Origin: the human T2T-CHM13v2.0 reference genome, Homo sapiens
Reading direction: 5' to 3' (one strand)
Assembly: GCF_009914755.1 (NCBI RefSeq)
Contig: NC_060936.1
DNA: 64,000 nucleotides
Below the pieces are notes generated by a model. The model worked only from the letters and a program-made list of their open reading frames with translations, made no database searches and had not been told where the DNA came from. Position numbers and translations under genes: made by a program. Each line of letters opens with the position of its first letter. The first letter of the stretch is position 1. This document shows, piece by piece, positions 1-15,258 of this stretch.

Positions 1-1019
1 CAGGTAAGCGTATTAGTAATGGCTTTAATAATCAAATTTCTATTAAGGAAAATTTCTGACTTTTTCTATCTAGAACTAAATAGTGCATGGTAGCAGTAAG
101 TTTTGAAGGCAACTGTGATTATAGAAATGAATACAACTGGCATATTTATTGAAATTGATCCTTTTCTCTGTGTGATTAGCACAGTAATTCTAATTTATGT
201 CCCACCCAAGGAATAGACAATTGGGTCTGTGGAAACATGGTCTCTGCTGAGATCAGGGCATTGTTTCATAATGGTAAGAGGAAGTAATAATGTTCCTAAC
301 AGGCAAGCAGAAGTGGGTGGAGTCACTAAAATCCTAAGAACACACTGCTTTTTCCCATCGTTGGTTTTGACCTTTATGTTCTCTCTGTGATATTTTTCTG
401 CTATGTTTTTCTAGGCTCTCATTTCACAATGAACAGTTTGTGAAAAAAAGGAAAATAACAAGCCAAAGGCAACACTTTCCCTGGAACTTAACTGGCCAGG
501 TCACTCTTCCCTCCAGGAATAGTCTCCCTGTTTGCTTTTTTGATGCTCCAATTTCATACTTCCAGTTATTATCATGGAAACATCCAGCTTTACCCATATT
601 TATTCCATAGAGAAATACAATATTCATAAATTACATGGCCGAACGCGAAACCCTGTTAATAATTACAACAGTGATTATAAATAAACATCTCCCTTTCAAC
701 TCAGGATTTTAAATCCACGCATTTCACGTATCTCCCTCACACCTTTTATTGTGGAAGACTTGATAAATAACAAAAAAGCTACTTTAATCAGGTGTATCTC
801 CAAGGTTTTAGAACATCAATTTGTTTTGTTGGCATCATTGGACAATAGGTCAGGAGGACCATCCCCAAATTCCTAATTGCAGAACAAACATGAAAAAAAT
901 ATTTGTAGTGTTCAGTCAGAGGTTAGCAAAAAGGAAAGGAAGAAGAATTTGTGATTCTCCTCAATTTTGACCCCTGCCTTGACCTGAGATTTTATAATGC
1001 CACACACAGGATGGATAGT

Positions 1020-1230
1020 ACTTATGGAATGCTTACTTTAAATCAAGTGCTGGGCTAAGCACCAGTTTCCATGGATCACTTCCTTTAGTCCTTGCTGTAA
1101 CTTATCAAATAGGTAGTATTACTCTGCCTCCCATATTAGAGATGAGGAAACTGAAGCTCAGAGAGATTAAGACCTTTTTGTAAGGTTACAGACCCAATAA
1201 ATCGTTGAGCAGATGTTTCAGCCACGGCCA
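1020..1230 (-). mobile_element. MIR SINE fragment
   Basis: MIR core in reverse (agatgaggaaactgaagctcagagagattaag). Boundaries approximate. Confidence 0.7.
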
Positions 1231-1344
1231 GTAAATGGTCAGAATCAATCCTGAAGTTGATCAACATTTGATGCTTAACCAAATCAGTACCATAAGACCA
1301 AAGTAACATTAGAATTTCACTATCACAATGTATATATGATTGGC

Positions 1345-1514
1345 AAGCAAAACTACAGCCTATGGGTCACTAATGTGTCCATGTGTTTACATTTTGTCTT
1401 TCGTCTTTTCCCCAAGACAACATCAGAGTTACATAGTTGCAAAAGAGACTGTATGACCCGCAGAGCTTAAAATATTTGCTATCTGACCTTTACAAAAGAA
1501 TCTGTCAGTACCTG
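1345..1514 (+). mobile_element. MER58A-like hAT-Charlie DNA transposon (MITE)
   Basis: gcaaaactacagcctatgggtc...gagactgtatgacccgcagagcttaaaatatttgctatctgacctttaca matches the recalled MER58A consensus. Confidence 0.7.
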
Positions 1515-2166
1515 GTTTATATTCTTTTCCCTGGGAGTTATTCTAAATTCTCTGCCTCAGCAATTCAGAGAAGGGGAAAGAGAACTACTGTTTTTCCTAC
1601 AGAGTAGGAAGATGATCCAGGCCATAAATGTTAATTGCTGGTCTGTGGATCACTTAAACAGTTCAGGAATGGGATTTAGAGAGATCCTGAGCTGGATGCG
1701 AAAGGAAATATGTTTGTCCCTTTCTAGGTATTTTGAAGATTAGGAGAGGGAAGAGGGTTTAATCTAATCAAATTATGCTATTATGGTATTTATTTACTCC
1801 AAACAAATGTAGGGTTCTGGGCTGTCACTAGGCCCAACCAGAGCTATGCGGTGATCCACCTACCAGTTCAGCACATAAAACAGCTTCTTACTGTAAGAAT
1901 TAAAGAAAATATGCCTTGCAGCTATGATCATAAATCTCTCTCTCTGCTTATACTTGAGCTAGCTCAGGTTAAAACACAATGTAAAATATAGGAATGGCAA
2001 AGTTTATGCACCTTTTGATTTTTATACCAGATTTGGGTTCAAATCTTGGCTTCTGTAAAGGTTATTTCAGCTTAGACAATTTACCCTGTCCACACCTCTG
2101 ATAATACACAAGTGCTGGGTTCTTGTGCTTTTTGTGTGTAAGGTTCTTGCTGATAGAAAAAGTTTT

Positions 2167-2462
2167 GGCCAGGCACATTGGCCCATGTCTGTAATCCCAG
2201 CACTTGGGGAGGCCAAGGAGTAGAGACCAGCCTGGGCAACACAGTAATAACTGTTCTCTACAAAACATAAAAAAATATTAACCGGGTGTGGTGGCACACA
2301 CCTATAGTCCCATCTCCTCGGTAGGCTGAGGTGAGAAGATCGCTTGAGTCTGAGAGGTCAAGGCTGCAGTGAGCCATGATCACGCCACTACACCCCAGCC
2401 TGGGTGACAGAGTGAGACTTTGTCTCAAAAATAAATAAATGAATAAATAAAATAAAATAAAA
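2167..2462 (+). mobile_element. Alu (AluJ-like) with a left-arm deletion of about 24 bp
   Basis: ggccaggcac...tgtaatcccagcac start, gaggtcaaggctgcagtgagccatgat (J-type) and an (AAAT)n tail. ggccaagg joins directly to agtagagaccagcc. Confidence 0.92.
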
Positions 2463-3049
2463 TTGTGTAGGAACCCTGCATCTGTATCTCCTAAAAATAC
2501 ATCACACAGTGGGATCTTTTGTGTAAAAGGAGGCCTCAGCTGGAAAGGCTGGAGCTTGACCAAAATTTGTACTTTCTCCAACACAAAGTTCTATCTTAAG
2601 ATACTCTGTAAGATTGCTCATGGAATGGTCAGGCAAAATCATCCCACATAATTAGAGAGGCCTCAGTGAGGCTCTATGTTTTAGGAATGGTCTATGGTTT
2701 ATTGTTTGGAACAGAGGGGAAGATGGAGTCTCTGCCAAGGGCATCACCATCTCTAGAATTATTGTACATTTTTCTTACTCCACTCAGCTGGCTCCTGTTT
2801 TGGGCCATTACGGCTAATTTAGGTTTTTCTCCTCTTTTAATACTCAGCTCAGACCTACAAGAGCATGATCCTTGACAGCCTGAGTTGGTCTTAGTCACCT
2901 ACCCACCTACCTGTACTTATATAGTGTTCTGGGTTTAACAATATATTATAATGAAATATGTTCACGTGTCTGCTTCCCATGCAGATTCCCAGCTCCTCTA
3001 TGCACATTCTCTCTCTCTCATCCTAGAACACACTGCACAGTAATAGTCT

Positions 3050-3290
3050 GAAAACCTTACACAGCGTTTCTCAAATGCCAGAAACTGTCCTGTGCATCTC
3101 TCACATACTATTTTATTCTTACACTATACTCAGGAGATAAACACGAGTATTTTACATTGTAAAATGAAGAAATTAAAGCACAGAGTGGATAAGTAACTTG
3201 CCTAAGATCACACAGCTATTCAATGGCAGAACTTGGAGTAGAGCCAGAAAGTCTAACTCCATACCCTGCACCCAACCACTAACCTTAATG
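3050..3290 (-). mobile_element. MIR SINE
   Basis: aagtaacttgcctaagatcacacagcta is the MIR core in reverse. Boundaries approximate. Confidence 0.7.
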
Positions 3291-4334
3291 TGCCTCATAG
3301 ATTCTCAGTAAATGTTTGTTTGACTGACCTGAACATTACTTAGCACAAATGAATTCATAAAAACATCTGTTCTGGCCTTGAAGGAAAAAGAACAGTCTTA
3401 ATAGTCTTTTAAAGTCTCAGATTCTTAAAAGTTTTCTCAGGACATAGATAAATGATAATAGGCAAAGATTTCTAGAAAATATCAATAGCTTTGATTTACA
3501 CATTACACAAAATTTGATTGGACCACCAAAGGCCTCTTTAGTTGCAAAATCTCTTTAAGCACGAATGTGGAATGGTTGTGTTTTAGAAATCAATTGATGT
3601 GAAGATACTACATACTTCCATCTAAAACAATAGAAGCTTCTGGATGCAAGGTCAATCAGCTATTTTTTTTTCTTTTTTTTTTACATCTTTGGCATCAGCT
3701 GTAAAGGGTTTGAGTACTAAGTCTGCCAAAATCCATTCCCAAAGTTGCTCTGATTAAGCAGTCAACATCATTAGAAAATACAACCACTGTTAGTACCTTT
3801 ATTCAGGCAAAAGGTTTAGCACAGGGCAGAACTGTTTTTAAAGATTCTCGTAAAAGCTCTGACTAGTGAAAGAGAAAGGAAGAAAAAACTATGCCAACAG
3901 AGACTCGGAGGAAGTTATATTACTGAACTTAAATACTCCTGTGTTTACCGAATGACCTTAGTTAGCATGAGGCAGAAGGAAGGAATGAGTCTGTTGTGGT
4001 CTGTGAGAATCGTGTTTAATAGAAAGGGGTATGACAGGGACTTAACAGAATCTAAGAGTGATTTTGCAGATCTGTGTGGAAAAAAAAAGATGCATTAAAA
4101 ACAATCCACACAAAAAACTCTACATTGAGCTCCCTACAGTACCCGCTGAAATGATCATAATGACGATCATGACAATGATATGTAATACGTAATAATACAT
4201 AAATAAAGTAATAGGACATGCATGCCAGACTGACTTTTTGTTTTATATTTTAAAAAATGTCAAATTGCCAAGTAAAATCAAACACATTATTTTAAAATAG
4301 TAGAAGAGTGCAGTGAACCTTTGTCTTATTTGTT

Positions 4335-5060
4335 CTTTCACTCATTCATTCATATTTGGCAGCCCAGAGATTATTCCCCCTTCTTACAGTGCTTGGATTT
4401 CCTGCTGGGAACTTCCCTCTTGCCTCACTTTGAGAAGTCTGGGTGGAACCCCAAGGGGCTCTGCCTGCCCTAGCTCCCTCCATGGAACTCAGAGGAGGCT
4501 TCTTGGTCAGATCAGTCCTCTCAGTGCCTTGCTAGGGACAAGGGGCAGGCATGTGACTAATCTTAAGTTCAGCCAAAAAGCTTTCTTTTCCTAAGACTTT
4601 GATGTGTACATCCAAAAACCTGGTGTTAAGTTTACCTGTTTGTTTCTGAGAGGGTGCTCAAGACGGATTTTCCAGATGCCTGTTTCCTGTCTTGGGTGTG
4701 CCGGGTTCTTCACTTCCCTTAATTCTGTATGCCTTCCTAGCCTCTTCCAACAGTTTCCCCTTTCCTTAAGTGATATTAGCTCTGCTTCAATTGTTTGCCC
4801 CCAAAGAATAAGTGTTGGGTACCAGCTAATCAGGAAACCAAGAAAAAAATCATGGTGACTAAATTGACCAATCAGGTCATAAGTGAGGACAGAAGCTTGG
4901 AAGAGGCCCAGACTGGGGATTCCTGGAAGACTGGGCAAATATTGTTTGGGTGTCAGGTGTGGCAGTGCCAAGAGAGCCAGGCGAAGGTCGCCAGGGCTGC
5001 GGCATTTAGTGAGGCTGACTAAGCCCCAGAAACACAGCATCATGAATGGCAGTCTCAAAG
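4335..5060. mobile_element. Old MaLR (MLT1-like) LTR fragments
   Basis: Degenerate MLT1-like motifs (ggggcaggcatgtgactaa; cagtttcccctttccttaag...ctctgcttcaattgtttgc). Boundaries and family uncertain. Confidence 0.35.
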
Positions 5061-5514
5061 AATGTTCAAAATTAATGTTCAAAATAAAGCAACTAGGTCA
5101 CAGATCACAGCGTATCATGCTGGAATATTCTAAAGAAGGATACTGCATTTCTCTTCCCTCTGGCTGTGTGCTCACTTTTCACATGCACTTCTTGGTTTCA
5201 TTTTGTTTATAGCTGATTTTACAGCCCTGCTCATCATTAAAACTGTTTCCATCTGAATTCACAGACTCAAAAACTTTCCCAGGAGCCTTATTTTCATAAA
5301 TTCACTTAGAAAGAGCTCATGTTAAGTTTTATATATCATTTTAAAAATCTAAAGTTAAAACCCCACATAAAATTACATCTTCCATTTAAAACTTTATTAA
5401 AGATAATTTTCCTTAGTAAATACTGCCAGGCCCATGTTACCTCATTTGTTTGGAAACAATTTGTAAGCAAAGAAATAAACAGGAAGATATTTATTTTTAT
5501 CTGTCTAGTCATAC

Positions 5515-5682
5515 CTGAATAGGGACTCTCTTGACAGCCAAATTTCATTCTGTTTCACAGTTTTCCAAGAGAAAAGCAACAGCAGCAACACAGTGGACAC
5601 AATCAGGGTGGTGGCCCCACATCGATTCAGCCAAGTGCAGAGCTTGCTCAGTCCATGCACAAAAAGGATGCAGTAGCCCATG
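5515..5682 (-). CDS. TMTC1: TMTC1 internal coding exon (168 nt, phase 2-2; probably exon 8), last TM helices before the TPR repeats
   Basis: Acceptor ccctgttttcCAG|C ATG and donor TTCAG|GTATGA. Translates (S)MGYCILFVHGLSKLCTWLNRCGATTLIVSTVLLLLLFSWKTVKQNEIWLSRESLF(R). The AG from the previous exon plus this C gives the Ser codon. Confidence 0.96.
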
Positions 5683-6522
5683 CTGGAAAACAGGGTGGAA
5701 GGAACGGGATTACTTTGGGGGTGCAATAGCTTCCCCCCAGAATTATCTCCTACAAAACTAACTTTCAAATGAAGCTTGTCCTGTGCTAGAGAAACAAATA
5801 GAAACTCCCCTGCCTTGGACAATATTAACATGTTAGTTCTCTAAAGTGCTGCACTAGCAGGTTTGCTATTTCTTGTAGAAATATTTCTTGCTATTTCTTC
5901 AGTGTAGGGAATGAGAGAGTCATCTTGTAGGCTTAAAGTGCCCTGGATTTCAGCAGCTGAGGCATCATGAGAAGTCCCACATATAAGCTCTTGGGTCCTG
6001 AATGGCTCCTCTGACCCAAGCTCCCTCATGTCACTGTCATTGTATGACTCTATTGGCACTATGCGCCTAAATTCGGAGTTTATGCTGCAGCAGGTCACAC
6101 CACAGCTTTGTAGGGAGAGTGTCTGAAAGCTCTGTGTCAGGTCCTGGAAGGATGCTGGTCACCAAGGAGGACTGTTCTCTGTTTCCAGGGCCAGCTGAAG
6201 CCCTTACACTTTGGAAAATCTACCCACAGGCCGACTCCTGAGCCTCACAACTTGGAGCTCATCACAGACAAGATGCATTGATATGCCTAGCTGTACCGGT
6301 AGGTGCAGGGTTAACATGTTATCTGAGTAGCACTTTGTATATCAGCATTACGTCTCTAAAAGCCTTTGGCTTGGTGCTACATGGTCCCTCACATCATCTA
6401 TGCACCAACAGAGATACTTTCTGCCTGCCACTTGGACACAGAAGAATATAAACTTGTAGTTTGTACCCATTAATGCTGTATGTATTTTAGTTGAAATCTA
6501 TTTTTATTTTATTTTATTTTTT

Positions 6523-9723
<3,201 letters not shown>

Positions 9724-10609
9724 TTCTTCCCAAAATTGATAACTACAAATTATTACAGAATATCTTAAGAAAGAAGCAAGTTTGTGTAAAGCCATCCTAT
9801 ATTGGAGACTATTACTATCAGAAGTATTAATACAGCCCCAAGTAAATACAGCCCATATACTTGTTCTCTTTTTTATTCATTCTTTCTCTTATGTGGCTGG
9901 CAATATCCTAGGCACTAAACATATATTTATAATACAACACAGGCTCCACAATCAGACAACTCCAGTCTAGTGAATCAGGTTGCTCTAGCTAATAGAAACA
10001 ACTAAATATTCTCATTCCTAAACACACCTCCTTAAAAAACTTTTTTCTCCATCTTCTGTTCTCTGTATCAAGAGCAGAAAAACAAGAGAGAGGCATTTGA
10101 GGTTTCTGACTTGGGAGACCCTGGGAATGAAGTTGGAGCTCTCATTTCTTTCTTCAAGTCCTATAAGTTGGTTAGTCCAGCTCCATAAAGTTTAGGGTTC
10201 ATGGTTTGGCCAAAGAGAGTCACCATCCTACTCCCCACTGAGGAGGATGATTTGAGCTAAGGAGACCCATGTTCTCCAAACCCCCACCACAAGCACTGGA
10301 TTTGATTGCCACAGGTATCTTGCAAGAGCCTTGCACTTGTCAGAACAGAGTCTCTAATGTAAAAACAAAAACCCAAACCAAAAACCTCTTCTCACTTCCA
10401 CAACTCCCTGGTTCAACCTTAAAGGTATGGAGCTTTTTCTATAAATCTTATTTATATTGTACAACTGACCTTGCTGGTGTCATTTGCTGTGCCTGACCAC
10501 AGTGGCTGCTCAAGTTCATAAGCCTGCTTTGCCCCCTGTTCCTCTAGCCCCAGCTGCTCCCAACCCAAACTGAGCAGGGCATCCTATGAAGCCCTCTGGG
10601 CTCCGTTCT

Positions 10610-10910
10610 TTCATTCATCAGATATTTAACAAACATTTAACTATGTACCTAACACTATTACAGATATCAAGAACATATCAGTGAACCAAAGAGACAGTAA
10701 TCCTTATCCTTGTGGAATTCACATGGGTAGGGAACAACAGCTAGCGAATGAGTAAAAAACACACAGGGCATGTACATGGTGATACATTACATGGATAAAA
10801 ATTAAGAAGAGGAAGAGGTTGAGATTTTCATGTGGGTGGTCACAGAAGTCCTCACTGACATTTGAGAAAGACCTGAAATGCACAGGGAATGTGCCACGCC
10901 GATACATCCT
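10610..10910 (-). mobile_element. L2 LINE 3' fragment
   Basis: ttcattcatca..aacaaacatttaactatgtacctaacact...gtcacagaagtcctcactgacatttgag is typical of the L2 3' end in reverse. Confidence 0.55.
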
Positions 10911-11009
10911 TAAAACCCTATGGATCACCTTTATTAATGTTTAACCCATGAAAACACTAAAGAAAAAGGTTAACTGACTTGCTGAATTAAGTCTTGTGAT
11001 AGTGTTAGG

Positions 11010-11498
11010 TCTTGGGACCCCAATTGACTATGCCAAAAGGAAAAAAAATTCTTGGGACCCCAATTGACTATGCCAAAAGGAAAAAAAATTAAGTTGAAAG
11101 CTGAATCATGCAAGAAACTACCTTTCCTTCTGTTCCTAAGCAGTTAGCTACAGATAAAAGCTTAACTATCTCCACAGATAGCTACTCTAGGTTCACCTTA
11201 TCTTATGTAAAGCCCCGATTTACTGAGCGTGAGAAGAATACATATTTGACTATTCCCCTATCTGCTCCTTTTCTCTGGCAACATGTGGATTCAGTCATGT
11301 GACCATACATTCCCATTTTTCCCTCCAGCCTACTTTTCCCCTTTAAATACTAAAGACCTCAAAATCACCTTTGGAGAAAGGCACAGACTGCAGATTGTTT
11401 CTGTGATTCTGTGTTCCTTTCTTCCAGGCATGTCCTTAATCTTGGCAAAATAAATCTCTAAACTGATTCAGACATGGCTCAGATACTTTTTGGTTTCT
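11010..11498 (+). mobile_element. MER4-family (ERV1) solo LTR
   Basis: tcttgggacccc...tatgccaaaaggaaaaaa-ttaag..gaaagctga; 3' end ggcaaaataaatctctaaactgatt...cagatactttttggttt. Matches a recalled MER4C/D-type consensus. Confidence 0.8.
11011..11090 (+). repeat. Perfect 2 x 40-bp tandem duplication
   Basis: cttgggaccccaattgactatgccaaaaggaaaaaaaatt occurs at 11011-11050 and 11051-11090 with no mismatches. Confidence 0.98.
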
Positions 11499-12285
11499 AG
11501 GTCATCCATCTAATAAATAACAGAGCAAAGATATAAACCCAGGAATTTCAGATTCCAGAGCCCACACTCCATGTGCTGTCCTGCTGTAGAGGATTTGACT
11601 TGACCAGCTGATTCCTGTGTTCCTAACACCTCATCACACAACATCACCTACTTTCTTCCCAACTACTGCATTCATGACATCTCAATAGTCATTTTCTGCC
11701 TCCTTGTAGGAACAGAGCTGCCATCTGGTAGAACAAAGGGGAAGGAGAACACTGGGATCCCAACAACTCCAGAGCAATGGCCACAAAGTGGCAGAAGACA
11801 AGCATAAGGAAGCTAACAACACAAACATTTAGCTGCAATATATGTTTGCGTGTCTAGTGAGCACTTCCTGTGCGGTAGGCACTGTGCTAAGTGGTTTGAT
11901 GGGCCTGTCCACAATATTTGCAGGGCATGCGGGCAAGGACAGTACTGGTTTTAAATATATTATCTAATTAAAAATTTTAAACCTCATTATCCTCCATTTC
12001 ATAAATGAGGAAACTAAAGCTTAAAAGAGTTGAGTAACTTGCCCACAGCCCCAGAAGCTAGGAATGGGCTAGATCTGGAAGCTCAGTGCCCTAATGCTGT
12101 GCTATAATCTAGGGGTTGGCAATAATTCAGGCTTTTCAGCCCACGCAGTCTTTGTCGTTAGCATTCAACTCTGTCTTTGTAGCAGGAAAACAGCCATCCA
12201 CACCATGTAAACAAATGAGCATGGCTGTGTAAAATTTATTTATAAAAACAGGCAGCAGGCCACATTTGGCTCATGGGCCATATAC

Positions 12286-13075
<790 letters not shown>

Positions 13076-15195
13076 ATAGTTTGTGGATCCCTGCTATAAC
13101 CAGAATGAAGGAGAACACATTCCTTTTCAGTCAGCACCTGTATCAAATAACATGAAAAATGTTAAATCAAATATCCTTATTATTGACATATGGTTTAAAG
13201 AAATGTTAAGCCATACAAAATAATCTCTACTTAGGTTTGCAAATTTCTTAGAGAGTATCACATTCTTAAAAGTCTGACACAAATATCACAAAGATCAAGA
13301 CGTTTCTCCACTATGAAACTTCATCTTTCAACATCTGCTTGAATGCAGATCTCAGCAGCAGGGGAGAGAAACGCACTCTTTCCCTCCATCGCTAGGGGCA
13401 GGACATGGCCTCCTTTTGAAAGTGGGAAGTCAAGCCAATGAGAAACGACATGCTTTCCTGGCCTTTGGGGAGATGAAACCAGAGTCCGGCTTGCTCTGGT
13501 CAGACTGGTGAAGGAGGTTCTGGGCTGCTGATCAGAGACCTTCACTACACGCACAAAAGAGCCAGTGCAAACACTGACACTTCACAAAATCAAAACCTGG
13601 AGAGCCCAAAGCCAAACTCAGGCTGCTGACAGTGTGGTTTAGCTCAGTGCTAAGATGCATTTTCAAAGCACGTTTGAGAAAGAACCACCACTGCTGCCTT
13701 CGAGAATGTAGCGATCTGACACTCAGAGACACCTCTCTCCATAACAGGCTGGTGGTATCTCCAGTTTTGATTTTGCTGACACACTGCTAGGCATGCAGCA
13801 CTTAAATAACTAAAAACACTGGCATTTCTCTTTCTGCTTTTATGATGCACATTCGAAGAGAATTTAATAGGAAATGCAAATCACCAATGTTTGTCCTTTT
13901 GCATTAGAATAACAAATGTTTTAAATCTGTTGTTTGGGAACTTGTTAGCAGCGAATTGTTGTGTAATAGTTAGTACAAATGTACTTTCCTGAAACTCACC
14001 AAGAAGCTTTTAAGTGAAAACAAAACAAAACAAAACAAAACACTTCTCATTCACATTTACAGCAGAATTCACAGAAGTGGAAAGATGACAGCTTTCTACC
14101 TCTGGCTCAGACATTTTATGATATTTGCTATGGCTTCACTTTCTGTTGAATTATATGCAACAAAGAGTATCTTTCTGCTATAAGTAGAACTGAAATTCTA
14201 CCTTTTAATTTGTCCACAAGCTGTAACAGCCCACTGAGAGTATCTATAAATAGCATTATTAATACAAGACAGAGGCAATCTTACCATTACACTCTTTTAA
14301 AGAATTCCCAATTTTAGAGAATCTAAGTGAAACCTAGTCCTAATTAGCTTCATTCCAATCTGATTAGGGTCCCCATTTCTCCCCTCGTTTTTTATCTCAA
14401 ACATTCAATGGTTGGAGAAATTTTCCAGAAGAATGAATATATTTGGAAGTGAGAGTTTATTCATATTCCAAGAAAAGAATCCCCAAAGACATTTCTGTGT
14501 ATTTCCTTAGCCTCCCATGCTAGGTGCTGAGATCCTGGGGTAAGTATGAAAGGATTCTTTATATATATTTCTCCATGAGATAGATTTCTTCTGTTGTTTT
14601 CCAGCATGTCTACGGCACAATTGGGAGAAAAATGCCAATGCTTTCACCTTCTGAGAACTTCCCTAATTTTCTTTTACTCCTCTCAGCCTCATAGTCCACC
14701 TACCAGCTCCAAAATTTATGAAACATTTAGTATTAAATAAGGCAGGGCTCTGGCATCAGGAAAGCCTCGGTTTGCATGTCCACCCTGACACTGTTGTTTG
14801 ATCCTGGACAAATTATTTAAGTTCTCTAGTTCTTAATTTATTTATACTGTGAGGGGGAATAACAATTGTTTGTAGTGCACCATGCCTGATACACACAAAA
14901 CAATACATTATAACATTAAACATTATACTATAATGATATTACTGTTAGGCAATTATTTTTCTGCTAAATAGAGTAAGAAGCAGGAAATGTGTAAAGTTTG
15001 AATGCATTCCAGGTAGAAACAGACATGTCAAAACCAGGTTACCGTAAGTATAGTAACTTCCTAAGGCCCAGAGGACTCTATTAGGTACAGTGGAACACAA
15101 ATGTTCTAGTGCAGACTTTATGTTTGGAGGTTCACAATGAGGAAAAGGGAACTGGGAATTCACTGGAAATGAAAGAGTCTGGAAATGGGTCAAGA

Positions 15196-15258
15196 GAGCT
15201 GGGCCCTTCTCTGGTTGAGCTGGGCTCTCCTCTGGCTGAGCTGGGCTCTTCTCTGCCA
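15196..15258 (+). repeat. 3 x 21-bp minisatellite (gagctgggcYcTYctctggYt)
   Basis: Units gagctgggcccttctctggtt, gagctgggctctcctctggct and gagctgggctcttctctgcca. Confidence 0.9.

Noticed and set aside
1-10. Plus-strand CAG|GTAAG donor consensus at the window edge
   Set aside because: It is antisense to TMTC1 and the upstream context is outside the window, so it cannot be evaluated.
5683-5831. ORF-track extension MLILSKAG...PSTLFS upstream of the 168-nt exon
   Set aside because: A chance open frame in the intron. The real exon begins at the CAG acceptor, whose phase matches the previous exon.
11426-11435. p53 half-site AGGCATGTCC in the MER4 LTR
   Set aside because: There is no adjacent second half-site, and single decamers are common.
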